From Squalus acanthias (taxonomy: Eukaryota): a stretch of 64,000 bases of DNA. The notes beneath the pieces were generated by a model that ran no database searches, was not told where the DNA came from, and saw nothing but the letters and a program-made list of their open reading frames with translations. Of the stretch, positions 1 to 11,875 are shown piece after piece (positions within the stretch are counted from its first letter, which is position 1; each line of letters starts with the position of its first letter). Location: the NCBI GenBank assembly GCA_030390025.1, contig CM059432.1, forward strand, positions 5,456,001 through 5,520,000, in the 5' to 3' direction. Position numbers and translations under genes: made by a program.

Positions 1-667
1 CGAGTTAGATCACCAGTGCATTGCATACAGGAGTCGCGACCCTTTGTGTGAAGAAGTGCTTCCTGACATCACCACTGAACGACCTAGCTCTGATGTTAAG
101 GTTATGCCCCCTTGTTCTGGACTTTTTTTAATATTCATTCACGGGATGTGGGCGTCGCTGGCAAGGCCGGCATTTATTGCCCATCCCTAATTGCCCTCGA
201 GAAGGAGGTGGTGAGCCACCTTCTTGAATACAACTGAGTGTCTTGCTCGGCCATTTCAGAGGGCAGTTAAGAGTCAACCACATTGCTGTGGGTCTGGAGT
301 CACATATAGGCCAGACCGGGTAAGGACGGCAGATTTCCTTCCCTAAAGGACAGTAGTGAACCAGATGGGTTTTTATGACAATTCGGTAGTTTCATGGTCA
401 CTATTACTGACACTACTTTTAATTCCAGATTTATTTAATTAACTGAATTTAAATTCCCCAGCCTCTGGATTACTAGTCCAGTAACATAACCACTATGCTA
501 CCGTACCCCGTACTCCCCCCATCAGAGAAAATGGTTTCTCTCTATCTACCTTATCAACTCCTTTGATCATCTTAAAACACCGCAATTAGTTTACCCCTCA
601 ATCTTCCGTACTCCAGAGAATACAAGCCTAGTCTGTGCAACCTGTCCTCGTAATTTAACCCTTTCAA
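1..667 (-). mobile_element. CR1 LINE 3' fragment interrupted by a SINE
   Basis: Reverse complement of the CR1 ORF2 C-terminus (RGH..K..F..DVRKHFFTQRV), resuming at about 512 after the SINE. Confidence 0.8.
124..511 (-). mobile_element. tRNA-derived SINE, family B
   Basis: Same sequence as 47109-47588 (+) and 5340-5760 (-). Its 3' tail is shared with the LINE at 708-1025. Confidence 0.8.
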
Positions 668-707
668 TGTGTGTGGGGGAGAGAATTTTTAGCTTCCAAT
701 ATATTTC

Positions 708-1025
708 GATATGCCTCCCAAACCCGCGACCTCTACCACCTAGAAGGACAAGGGCAGCAGGCGCATGGGAACACCACCACCTCCAAGTTCCCCTCCAAGT
801 CACACACCATCCTGACTCGGAACTATATCGCCATTTCTTCATCGTCGCTGGGTCACACTCCTGGAACTCCCTCCCTAACAGCACTGTGCGAGTACCTTCA
901 CCATATGGACTGCAGCGGTTCAAGAAGGCGGCTCACCACCACCTTCTCGAGGGCAATTAGGGATGGGCAATAAATGCTGGCCTTGCCAGCGACGTCCACA
1001 TCCCCATAACGAATATTAAAAAAAA
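708..1025 (+). mobile_element. CR1/L2-group LINE 3' end (partner of SINE family B)
   Basis: Encodes LPNPRPLPPRRTRAAGAWEH..HFFIVAGS.SWNSLP, then a tail ..gggatgggcaataaatgctggccttgccagcgacg..A-rich. Confidence 0.8.
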
Positions 1026-1422
1026 TTGCCGATTGAATCAGTGTCACCAATATTGAAAATGCTAACATTAAAAATTGGGTTGATTTACAGGGAGAATATA
1101 TTTTAAATTGGAATAAATTGCCAGAGACAAAGTTGTTTTATTTGCTTTTTTTTTTCATTTCTATTTTTTTTTTGGACATGTTTTTATCTGCTATGGGAAT
1201 CATCCATTTCAGTTCTCATCTCCTGAACATCTTTTGTTTCTTGAATTGCTCCTGCTGATTATCCAAGTTGTGGGGGTTAGTCTGTGACAGCCACAAGGAA
1301 ATGTTCTGAAAGTCTCATTCAAACACTTGGTGAAGAGGCCAGAAATTCTGATGTATTGCTTTAGATTTAAAATATTTTCAGCGGTGGGTTATATCCATAT
1401 TGGCTGATCAGATTCAGTCAGA

Positions 1423-2155
1423 TAAGAACATAAGGACGAGGAGCAGGAGTAGGCCTTTTGGCCCTTCTAGCCTGCTCCGCCATTCAGTAAGATCATGGCT
1501 GATCTTCTACCTCAACTCTACCTTCCTGCACTATCCCCATATCCATTGATTCCCCTAATATCCAAAAATCTATCGATCTCTGTCTTGAATATACTCAACG
1601 ACTGAGCATCCACAGCTCTCTGGGGTAGAGAATTCCAAAGATTCACCACCCTCTGAGTGAAGAAATTCCTCCTCACCTCAGTCCTAAATGGCCGACCCCT
1701 TATCCTGAGACTGTGACCCCTGGTTCTAGACTCCTCAGCCAGGGGAAACATCCTCCCAGCATCTACCCTGTCAAGCCCTGTAAGAATTTTATGTTTGAAT
1801 GAGTTTACCTCTCATTCTTCTAAATTCTAGAGAATATAGGCCTAGTCTACTCAATCTCTCCTCACAGGACAATCCCCCCATCCCAGGAATCAGTCTGGTG
1901 AACCTTCATTGCACTCCCTCTATGGCAAGTATATCCTTCCTTAGGTAAGGAGACCAAAACTGTAGACAATACTCCAGGTGTGGTCTCACCAGGGCCCTAT
2001 ATAATTGCACTAAGACATCTTTACTCTTATACTCAAATCCTTTTGTAATAAAGGCCAACATACCATTTGCTTTCCTAATTGCTTGCTGCGCCTGCATGTT
2101 AACTTTCAGTGATTCGTGTCCAAGGACACCCAGGATTCTCTGAATACCAACATTA
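1423..2155 (-). mobile_element. CR1 LINE 3' fragment
   Basis: ORFs LYRALVRPHLEYCLQFWSP and RTRGHSLRI..FFTQRVVNLWNSLP, with an (aagaacat) tail. Confidence 0.9.
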
Positions 2156-2419
2156 GCCAGTGTAGTCATAACTAAAGTTGTACAAGAATAATCTAAAATA
2201 TGTTATCAGACCACTTCTAGACGCTACAACCTGAACTGTCGACATACTTAAAACAACTAACTACGCCCCGTGAAACATGCTGTTTAGCAGAGAAAACTAT
2301 TTGAATTTACTACACATCTATATTTCTATATGCCACCAGTTTGACACGCTTTGTATGCTAGTACAGTTTGTACATCACTACGATTTATACCTGGCAACGA
2401 GTCAAACACAATGGTTGCT

Positions 2420-3445
2420 GATTGGCCTTTATCTAAAGGGGGTTGCAATACAAAGAGTTGGAAGTTATGTTAGTTATTTAAAACTCTGGTTTGACCCCAC
2501 CTGGAGTCACTGCGTTCAGTGCTGGGCTCCACACCTCAGGAAGGATATATTGGCCATGGACAGGGTGCAGCGCAGATTCACCAGAATGATACCCGGGGGC
2601 TAAAAGGGTTGCACAGACTAGGTTTGTGTTCCCTTGAATATTGAAGATTAATAGAGTTTAGAAGATTGAGAGGTGATCTCATTGAAAAATATAAAATTTT
2701 TAAGGGGCTTGACAGGGTAGATGCAGGGAGGATGTTTCCCCTGGCTGGAGAGTCTAGAACCAGGGGTCACAGTTTCAGAATAAGGGGTTGGCCATTTAGG
2801 ACTGAGATGAGGAGGAATTTCTTCACTCAGAGGGTTGTGAATCTTTGGAATTCTCTACCCCAGAGGGCTGTGGAGGCTCAGTCGTTGAGTATGTTCAAGA
2901 CACAGATCAGTAGATTTTTGGTTACTATGGGAATAGTGCAGGAAGGTGGAGTTGTGTTAGAAGATCAGCCATGATCTTATTGAATGGCGGAACAGGCTCG
3001 AAGGGCCGAATGGCCGACTCCTGCTCCTATTTCTTATGTTCTTATTAAGGGATGATCTAGTTAAGGTGTTTAAGATGATTAAAGGATTTGAGAGGGTAGA
3101 GAGAGAGAAACTATTTCCTCTGGTGGGGGGGAGGGGGAGTCCAGAACAAGAGGGCATAACCTTAAAGTTAGAGCAGGGCTGTTCAGGGGTGATGTCAGGA
3201 AGCACTTCTTCAGACAAAGGGGAACGGAAATCTAGAACTCTCTCCCTCAAAAAAAAAGCTGTTGAGGCTGGGGGGGTCAATTGAAAATTTCAAAACTGAG
3301 ATTGAAAATGTTTTATTGGGCAAGGGTATTAAGGGTTGCGGAACCAAGGCGGGCAGATGGAGTTAAGATACAGATCAATACAGTGATTGAATTGAATGAC
3401 GGAACAGGCTCAAGGGGCTGAATGGCCTCCTCCTGTTCCTATGTT
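2420..3445 (+). mobile_element. Nested CR1 3' fragments (inner ~2652-3047 inside another CR1)
   Basis: The outer reading ..gaagattaa resumes as attaagggatgatc after an inner copy ending (ttcttatg). Confidence 0.8.
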
Positions 3446-3849
3446 GCTATCACATGAATCCAGGATATGTACAAATCTGGCTGTTAAAATTAAGATGAAG
3501 AGTCGACCCGATATAAATCAACTGAAATACAAAAAAATAATTCAAGTGTAACATATCTTGGCAAACGAGTTCAGTTTGCCATGGTTCAGCTGTAAAAAGA
3601 GGCTCAGAAAAGCCCTATTGTATAAACACAAAGGCTGTTAGATCAAGTTTGTTATTCATATCTGACCATACAGCTTTCCTATTGTATTACAGGAACTAAC
3701 AATGACACAATTATTTCTTCTCCTCGTCCATTAACAACAATTCTCGACAGCAGTCCCTGGCTTGAGACATCCAATACGCAACGTGCTGTCAAATGTCAGC
3801 CAATGCCATTAGACTAAGCACAAGAATAGCCCAGAATAGCTCTCTGCTT

Positions 3850-4248
3850 TTTTTTTCATCCTTGTTTTCAAATCCCTCCATGGCCTCCCCCCCAATCTCC
3901 CATCTCTGTAACCTCCTCCAGCCCTACAAACCCCCCCCCCACCCCACCCCCGAGATCTCTGCGCTCCTCAAAATCTGGCCTCTTGAGCATCCCCGATTTT
4001 ATTCGCTCCACCATTGGCGGCCGTGCCTTCAGCTGCCCGGGTCCTAAGCTCTGGAATTCCCTCCCTAAACCTCTCCGCCTCTCCACCTCTCTCTCCTCCT
4101 TTAAGGCGCTCCTTAAAACCTCCCTCTCATCTGCCCTAATTTCTCCTTATGTGCCTCGATGTCAAATTTTGTTTGATAACGCCCGTGTGAAGGGACTTGG
4201 GATGTTTTACTACGTTAAAGGCGCTATATAAATGCAAGTTGTTGTTGC
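3850..4248 (+). mobile_element. L2 LINE 3' end
   Basis: Encodes IGGRAFSC.GPKLWNSLP, with tail aaaggcgctatataaatgcaag(ttg)n. Confidence 0.85.
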
Positions 4249-4499
4249 TTTTGAGGATTTTTCTCACCCCCCTCCCCACCCCCACCCAATTGGCCACTCG
4301 GTTATGCAGTCATTGCTTTGTATGAATAAGCAATGAGTTAACCTTTCCGTTCACGCGAGTTCATTCATAAAAGGGGAGAAAAATAATAAACTTATTTAAT
4401 GCACGGTGTGTTAGGGCAAATTAAACCCTCCTACCACTTCTAAGGTTAGTCTGTTTTCCTACTCTACAACAAAAACAACTTGCATTCACATAGCGCCTA

Positions 4500-4778
4500 G
4501 GGCCGCGACTTTAACTCCGGGCGGATTCCCCGCTCAGGCACGAGTTAAAATTACAGTCGGGTCTCAATTATGTCATCGGGCCGCAGCATGTATGTGTAAA
4601 GAAGGACCCTGTTGTCTCCGGGCGTGTGTCCTTTGCCGCCTGCTCAGGAGAGCAGGTTAAAAATCGCAGATGTTGCAGATTGTGGCGGCTTTCGGACAAG
4701 TAAGAGCCAGAGGCGATTTTAACTGCCCTCCCTCCCGCCAGGTTTCTGCTGAGCGAGTAAGGGTTAAAATCGCCCCCC
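4500..4778. mobile_element. Harbinger-type MITE (eroded)
   Basis: Imperfect TIRs gggccgcgactttaac / gttaaaatcgcccccc, about 50 nt upstream of a LAPTM4B exon. Confidence 0.55.
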
Positions 4779-4825
4779 TATAATGTGTGGTTTCTAAAGT
4801 GTACAACTCCCATTTTCTGTTTCAG

Positions 4826-4899
4826 ACATATGCATTGCTACTGCGATTTCCCTCCTTATGATAACGATCTGCGGAATGGCCACTTATGGCGCATATAAG
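4826..4899 (+). CDS. LAPTM4B: LAPTM4B internal coding exon (74 nt; xICIATAISLLMITICGMATYGAYK)
   Basis: Acceptor ttttctgtttcAG and donor AAG|gtacgg. The translation matches the LAPTM4B segment MCIAIAISLLMILICAMATYGAYK as I recall it. Upstream exons were not found in the window. Confidence 0.93.
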
Positions 4900-5339
4900 G
4901 TACGGTAAATTAATGGCAGAAATGGAGCTCCAACACTTCGCAGTTAAAATTTGATGGCTTTCGTTTAGCTGAGAATTATTTTATAATTAATTTTAATTAT
5001 GCATTTGATAAGATATTCAATTTGGAGCAAGTAAATGCAATTTTTTTGCAAATCTACATATCTTGAAATGAAAAGTTGTTTCATGTTTTCCAGAAAGGTA
5101 TGTTTAGCAAATTATAAGATTGACACCTTCCGCAATGTGTCAGACTAGTCAGGGTTCAATGGGAAAATCCCACTGAACAATAGGTTTGTTCTCCTAGCTT
5201 TATTGAGTACCATAGGTGAGACTAATTTTATTTTGCCAATGGTAGTTATCTGGCCAAGATTTCACTGTCTCCAGTTTTGTGCGTTTTGACTTTCAGCATT
5301 TGTACTGCAACTGAGAATGCTTCAATTTGAATATGTGAA

Positions 5340-5760
5340 TTTTTTTTTTAATTCATTCTCGGGATGTGGGCGTCGCTGGCAAGGCCAGCATTTATTGCCT
5401 ATCCCTAATTGCCCCCGAGACAGTGGTAGTGAGCCACCTTCTTAACAGCTGAGTCTCTTGCTGGGCCATTTCTGGAGGGCTGTTAAGAGTCAACCACATT
5501 GCTGTGGCTCTGGAGTCACATATAGGCCAGACCGGGTAAGGCCGGCAGATTTCCTTCCCTGAAGGACATTAGTGAACCAGATGGGTTTTCTAAGAACAAT
5601 CCAATAGTATCATCGTCACCATTACTGATACTAGCTTTATAATTCCAGATTTATTTAATTAACTGAATTTAAATTCCCAGCTGCTTTGGTGGGATTTGAA
5701 CTTGTGTTTCAATTAGGACATTACTAGTCCAATAACATTACCACTATGCTACCGTTCCCA
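5340..5760 (-). mobile_element. tRNA-derived SINE, family B
   Basis: Homologous to 124-511 and 47109-47588. Confidence 0.8.
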
Positions 5761-5852
5761 TAAAATGGGAATGCATTTTATGCATATTCAGTGGTGGCCA
5801 TTCTGTCAATAGAGCGAAGCATCACACCATCAACCAGTAACAACAACAGGAT

Positions 5853-7477
5853 GGCCTGGATTTTGCGGTCAGTGGCGAAGTGACGGCGCTCGCCGCTGAC
5901 CTCAAAGAAAGCCGCCCACGAATATTTAGCGGGCTCTGTGGCATCGATTTCCCCTTTTCCGACGTGAATTTCCATCTGGCGCCATTTGTAGGGGATCTGT
6001 GGGGTCCAAGCAACAGTGATGTCATCAAGCAGGCTGAGCAGCCAATCACATTGAAGAATTCTCACAGACAGCAAACCAGGAAGTAAAAAGCAGGTTTTTA
6101 TCATTCACGTTTTAATAATTTTACAGAAAGCGAAATAAAGATTGAGACATACACGAGATTAAGGTAGAAGTTGAAATATCATAAACCAAATTTTAAAATA
6201 AAAATAAAAATTATTTTTTTATTATTTTGAAAGTCTATGAAATTTTTATCATGGAATGGAAGGAATGACATTCCACAATATGAAATTAGTTTTTCAGGGC
6301 CAGAGAGGTTGTTCAGCAGTAATTATGGGCTAGATTTTCCCAGGTCCCACCCGCATGATGCGGGGGGACCCAGGAGATGGCGGGAAACCCCAAGGTTCGG
6401 GTTTCCCGGCATGCTGTAGAGTTTTAACTCCACAACATGCGTGCGACATCAGGGGAGGGTTCCCCACCCGGAAGTCAGCCTGATTGACAGGCTGGCTTCC
6501 AGTCAGGCGGGGAACGTAGAGGAGGCCACAGGACCAGGTAAGTGCCGGGCTCAATATGGTGGGGGAGGATGGGTCCAAGCCCGGGGCGGGGGGGGGCGGT
6601 GGGAGTCTGATGCCCTGGATGGGGGGTCCAATCCCCGGGGTGGGGGGGGGGGCCGTTGCAATCACTGGGGGTGGGGTCTGATTCCCCGACCCCGGGGACG
6701 AATCGCGATCCCGGCCGGGGGGGGGGAGGGGGGGAGAAACGTCCAATCCCTGGAGGTGGAGTGTCTGATCCCCCGACCCCGGGGGGGTGCAGGCTGATGG
6801 TGGGGAAGCTTGGGGGGTCTGAGAGGAAGCTCTCCTGCTCCTCCCGGCCCACAAGGATTGCTCCCCGAGGCTGAGGCCGCCTCGTTGCAGCCACCGGGAA
6901 TCCCGAGCCCCGGGATCCTCGGTCACCTGCAGTTAAACCTGTAAACCAGGTTAAAGTAGAGGCTTCAGGCCTCATTATCATATTTAAATTGCCAACCCGC
7001 CTCCTGGCAGTGGGATGTCAGCTCGCTCCCCCCCCCCCCCCGCCCCCCCGTCCCACCTCAGTGAAAGGTGAAAGTGGGCGGGTTGGGGTCGGGGTTCACA
7101 TTTTTTCAACTTTCACTTTCCCCCACAACGCCTCCAACCCACCTGTTCTTACCTCTGAAAATTCCGGCCTATACCTTAGCACGCCATTAAAAACTCAGTT
7201 GCACCTCATTCAACAAGGCATAACTTTTTCAAGGGTTTTTACAGCCAGAATAGTGCGTCAAAAGTTGAAGTTCGCGTCGAATCAGTGATTTCTAATTGAT
7301 TCTACCTGCGAGGACTGTGGAGGAGCGGGGCTCTCGGACAGCAACTTCCTGGTTTCCGCGTTTAACTGCGCGCGCGCGCGTGCGGACGGACGCCAGAAGT
7401 TGCTGTCCGGTTTCACACAGTAATGACGGCGAGCGCTGACATTCTTCGCCGCCATTACAACCGCAAATTCCGGGGCC
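5853..7477. mobile_element. Non-autonomous Harbinger-type DNA transposon hosting a nested element
   Basis: TIRs ggcctggattttgcgg / ccgcaaattccggggcc, flanks gat / aat. Confidence 0.65.
6327..7169. mobile_element. Nested GC-rich Harbinger-type MITE
   Basis: TIRs gggctagattttc / gaaaattccggcc with TAT TSD (6324-6326, 7170-7172). Related to 30440-31340 and 44468-45262. Confidence 0.75.
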
Positions 7478-7649
7478 AATATTCTGCTGCATCTGAAAGT
7501 GAAAGACGGATTAAATGCTTCGGGCCTCGTGGATTTAATCGGAATGAGTTTGTCTTTCTCTTTCAGGGGCTGAATGACCTGCTGTGCATTTCCAGCTGTT
7601 CCTGTGTTATTGTGTCTTCAGGCCCTTTGCTGAAACAGCAGCAGACAAA

Positions 7650-7835
7650 TCTTAAAGCAAAGGCAAAATGCTGCAGATGCTGGAAATCGGAAAGAACCCT
7701 CGTTGCCACCTCTACTCTTTGTCTGTTTTCATACTGCGTGGTTTATATCAGTGTATGGCTCCCATTTTCTATTCCAGACGTAGGCAGTGCGACTGACCTG
7801 CTGAGCATTGCCAGCATGTTCTGGTTTTATATCAG
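7650..7835. mobile_element. Old remnant of PLE family B terminal sequences
   Basis: gcaaaatgctgcagatgctggaaat is the reverse complement of the inferred tail; ctgacctgctgagcattgccagcat..ttatatcaga matches 39205-39250. Confidence 0.5.
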
Positions 7836-7977
7836 AGAAATCTTGCCTGGGTTTGCAGCGTGAATCCGGCTTTCCAAGGAGCGTAGGCAGATGAGAAAGA
7901 GGCTGAGTTCCATTGTTCCTCACCGACTCCTTCATTTGATCAGCTTCATCCTCGGAAAAACCGTGGAGCAACTGATT

Positions 7978-8763
7978 GAGCCGGAACTTGCCGGATAAAT
8001 AGCGGGGTGTTAACGACGCGCGCCATTATCAATGTGCAAAGCAGCCAGCAAGTTCAGGGGGATGGGGAGATACGGCGTGAGTCACGAATCGTCAGAACTT
8101 GCTGGTCGATTTGCGTCGCTCCTCCGTTAGCTTCGCGCAAACGGCATCTCGCCCTCAGCCTCCCCCCCCCCCCCCCTCGTTATTTATAGGAACTCGCTGG
8201 ATTTGCACATTAATTTCCCATTAAACTCGCCGCAGAAAGTTAGGGCTCATAATTAATAGCGTAAGGACCCTTTTTAATGAGGTGATCATTGTTCACGCAA
8301 TGCCAATCAACCTCTCCGGCCCAGAAAGGGAACAATTTAAACTGTTCAATCTCATTCCTGCAGGTAGTCAATTGTTGTTAGAAATTTTTAAAAATGTCAA
8401 ATTTTGCATTTTTTTAAATTTTACCTTTCTGTCTCTTTTTTCTCTCTCTCTTAATCCAATCTTTCTTTCCCTCTCTGTATTTCTCTTTCTGTGCTAGATT
8501 TGACTCTAATTCACCCGATTTCTTTCTCCATCATTGCTCTGTTTCTTTCTCAATGTTTCAACCTCATTGGTTAAGGAGACAGACTGTTGGTTCTGCCGTT
8601 CACCGAGGTCCCCAGATGCCCCGTTACCCTCGCTGCGCCGTTACCAGCTCGCTCTCCCAGCAAGTTACGGCGCAAACATTTTTTTCTAGCTGAAGGGTGC
8701 AAGGAAAAAGTCTAACTAACGGCGCACACCGTGAGATCCCCCCGCTGCTACAAGATCCGACTT
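7978..8763. mobile_element. Non-autonomous DNA transposon (Harbinger-type, eroded)
   Basis: Imperfect TIRs gagccggaacttg / caagatccgactt. Internal sequence resembles 5853-7477. Confidence 0.45.
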
Positions 8764-8945
8764 CTAATGTTCCACGAGAATTGAGTCTGGGGTATGAAAA
8801 AAGCTGAGCCTTGAAAGAACTTTTTTCCTCTCCTTTTACTAAATATTAGAAAAGTGTAAAACTCTTCCCCTTCATGGTCAGTGCACAGCTTTCATGGCGC
8901 ATAGGGGTATAAATTGGTTCGGGTTCCCTGCTTTCTTCAGCTACG

Positions 8946-9181
8946 TTGCGGAGATGCCGGTGTTGGACTGGGGTGGACAAAAATGAGAAGTCGCACAACA
9001 CCAGGTTATAGTCCAACAGTTTTATTTGAAATTACGAGCTTTCGGAGCGCTGCTCCTTCGTCAGGTGAAGTGAAGGAATACGTATTCCTTCACTTCACCT
9101 GACGAAGGAGCAGCGCTCCGAAAGCTCGTAATTTCAAATAAAACTGTTGGACTATAACCTGGTGTTGTGCGACTTCTCATT
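8946..9181. mobile_element. Palindromic mini Penelope-like element (family A), non-coding
   Basis: Perfect inverted repeat 8979-9184 centred on aata-CG-tatt. 33-nt one-sided tail at 8946-8978. 14-bp TSD tttcttcagctacg at 8932-8945 and 9182-9195. Homologous to the ends of 41406-43909. Confidence 0.9.
9094..9132 (+). ncRNA. Minimal type I hammerhead ribozyme motif (mirror copy at 9031-9069 on -)
   Basis: tcac-CTGACGA-aGGAGC-agc-GCTCC-GAAA-gcTC-gtaa: CUGANGA/GAAA core, helix II, very short helix III. Confidence 0.75.
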
Positions 9182-9453
9182 TTTCTTCAGCTACGACTGT
9201 GACTCAGTTTAAGTTACAAGCCTCTGCGCCACAAAGAAATTGAAGATGTCGATTACGTACGTGATGACCAGGGGTACGATTTGGGTGGTGTTTACAGTGT
9301 GGTACCAGGTCACTCGTTCTGCAGTGCACCTTTAATCGTGCTGTAGATTCTGGTACCAGTTTCAATAAAAATGCATCAGAGCGGAGCTCGTCAAACTGTG
9401 CCAGACTCAGTGTTTGCTAAACTTACGTTTTTTGTTTCCTCGTTGTTTTCCAG

Positions 9454-9576
9454 CAACACAGTGCTTGGATCGTCCCATTCTTCTGTTACCAGATCTTTGA
9501 CTTCGCCCTGAACACGCTTGTAGCGATCAGTGTGGTCGTCTATCCCAACTCCATTCAAGACTACTTGCGACAACTG
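9454..9576 (+). CDS. LAPTM4B: LAPTM4B coding exon (123 nt; QHSAWIVPFFCYQIFDFALNTLVAISVVVYPNSIQDYLRQL)
   Basis: Polypyrimidine tract ttgttttccAG, donor CTG|gtacgc, phase 0-0. Contains the LAPTM4 signature IPFFCYQ-FDF transmembrane segment. Confidence 0.96.
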
Positions 9577-9761
9577 GTACGCAACGGACAATTTTATTTA
9601 AAATAATTTAGTGTTGAAAGACCAAAGTGATTATAGTATCTCGGAACATAGGAACAAGAGCAGGCCATTTAGTCTCTCAAGCCTGTGCCGTCATTCAATT
9701 AGAGCATAAGAACATAAGAATTAGGAGCTGGAGTCGGCCGTACGGCCCCCTCGAGACATGG

Positions 9762-10376
9762 ACATGTCTCAGTATGCCTCAGAGACATGGACCATGTACA
9801 GCAGGCACCTCAAAGCACTGGAGAGGTACCACCAACGCTGCCTCCGCAAGATCCTGCAAATCCATTGGCAGGATAGGCGCACCAACATCAGCGTTCTCGC
9901 TCAGGCCAACATCCCCAGCACCGAAGCTTTGACCACGCTCGATCAGCTCCGATGGACAGGTCACATTGTCCGCATGCCCGATTCGAGACTCCCAAAACAA
10001 GCGCTCTACTCGGAGCTCCGACACGGCAAGAGAGCCCCAGGTGGGCAGAGGAAACGCTTCAAGGACACCCTCAAAGCCTCCTTGAAAAAGTGCAACATCC
10101 CCACCGACACCTGGGAATCCCTGGCCCAAGACCGCACAAAGTGGAGGAGAAGCATCCGGGAAGGCGCCGAACACCTCGAGTCTCTTCACCGGGAGCAAGC
10201 GGAAGCCAAGCGCAGGCAGCGCAAGGAGCGCACGTCAACCCAAGCACCCCACCCACCCGCCCCTTCAACCACCGTCTGCCCTGCATTGGACTCATCAGTC
10301 ACCTGAGAACTCATTTTTAGTGTGGAAGCAAGTCATCCTCGGTTCTGAGGGACTGCCTAAGAAGAAAAAGAAGAAG
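9762..10376 (+). mobile_element. RTE-clade LINE 3' fragment
   Basis: YASETWT..LERYHQRCLRKIL..QLRWTGHIVRMPDSRLPKQALY..GGQRKRFKD..SHLRTH, ending in an (AAG)n tail. Confidence 0.9.
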
Positions 10377-11056
10377 AACATAAGAATTAGGAGCAGGAGT
10401 AGGCCACATGGCCCCTCGAGCCTGCTCCGCCATTCAATAAGATCATGGCTGATCTTCGACCTCGACTCCACTTTCCCGCCCGATCTCCATATCCCTTGAT
10501 TCCCTAGAGTCCAAAAATTTATCGATCTCAGCCTTGAATATACTCAAAGACTCAGCATTCGCAGCCCTCTGGGGTAGAGAATTCCAAAAAATTAGATCAT
10601 GACTGATCTGTATCTTAACACCATCTATCCACCTTTGCTCCATATCCCTTGATACCTTTGCCTAACAAAAATCGATCAATCTTAGTTTTGAAATTTTCAA
10701 TTGACCCCCAGCCTCAACAGCCTTTTGGGGAGGAGAGTTCCAGATTTCCACCACCCGTTGTGTGAAGAATTGCTTCCTGACATCACCCCTAAACGGCCTG
10801 GCTCTAATTTTAAGGTGATGCCCCCTTGAACTCTCCCACCAGAGGAAATAGTTTCTCTCTCTATCAATCCTGTCAACTCCTTTAATCATCTTAAACACCT
10901 CGATTAGATCACCCCTTAATCTTCAAAACTCAAGGGAACACAAGCCTCGTCTATGCAACCTGGCCTCATAATTTAACCCTTTCAGCCCCGCTATCATTCT
11001 GGTGAATCTGCGCTGCTCCCCCTCCAAGGGCAATATATCCTTCCTGAGGTGCATTG
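10374..11056 (-). mobile_element. Two juxtaposed CR1 3' fragments
   Basis: Reverse-complement CR1 C-terminal peptides and tails. Confidence 0.8.
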
Positions 11057-11069
11057 CCCAGAACTCTAA

Positions 11070-11472
11070 AGAGAATGTTGAGGGGTGACCTGGTAGAGGT
11101 CTTCAAGATAATGAAAGAGTTCGATAGGGTAGACGTAGAGAAGATGTTTCCACTTGTGGAGGTATCCAAAACTAGAGGCCATAAATATAAGATAGCCACT
11201 AATAAAACCAATAAGGAATTCAGGAGAAACTTCATTGCTCAGAGAGTGATAGGAATGTGGAACGCGCTACCACAGGGAGTGGTTGAGGCGAATAGCACAG
11301 ATGCATTTAAGGGGAAGCTAGATAAATACAGGAGGGAGAAAGGAATAGAAGGATATGCTGATGGGGTGAGATGAAGAGGGGTGGGAGGAGGCTGGTGCGG
11401 AGCATAAACACCGGCATGGAGCAGTTGGGCCGAATGGCCTGTTTCTGTGCTGTAAATTCTAATGTAATTCTG
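11070..11472 (+). mobile_element. CR1 3' fragment
   Basis: LRGDLVEVFKIMK..TRGHKYKI..WNALPQGVV. Confidence 0.85.
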
Positions 11473-11521
11473 GATAGCTCAGTGTACAATATCATTTGTT
11501 TTCCACATTCTGTTTCCACAG

Positions 11522-11620
11522 CCTACTAATATCCCGTACAAGGAGGATATCATGTCGATGAACCCAACATGCCTGGTGTTTGTTGTTCTTATCTTCATCG
11601 GTATCATTCTGGCCTTTAAG
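11522..11620 (+). CDS. LAPTM4B: LAPTM4B coding exon (99 nt; PTNIPYKEDIMSMNPTCLVFVVLIFIGIILAFK)
   Basis: Acceptor tgtttccacAG, donor AAG|gtaagt, in frame with neighbours. Hydrophobic last transmembrane helix. Confidence 0.95.
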
Positions 11621-11875
11621 GTAAGTTTGAACTCCGAATTTATCAGACCCTGTTAACTTGAAAGACTGCTGAACTGTAAGAAAGATGCCTGATTGGCGCT
11701 ACCTGTCCTTGCTTGGTTTTTTTGCACCATGTCTTCGTTTCATGGCAAGTATGCTGTTAGCAATGATTTTGCCTCTAACATTATAATTTTTATGAATGAC
11801 TTTCAAAGAAGTAATCTTTTAACGACACCTACTCCTGCCAAAAGTACTGTGAAAAAATAAAGCCTAAAATTGAAC

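Noticed and set aside
1..4825. Search for the upstream LAPTM4B exons and promoter
   Set aside because: No matching peptide with splice sites was found; they are presumed to lie upstream of the window.
6330..6981. Pro/Gly-rich ORFs in GC-rich blocks (also 16.9-17.5, 20.0-20.6, 30.5-31.1 and 44.6-45.0 kb)
   Set aside because: They lie inside TIR/TSD-bounded MITEs, stops are rare at high GC, and no domains are recognisable.
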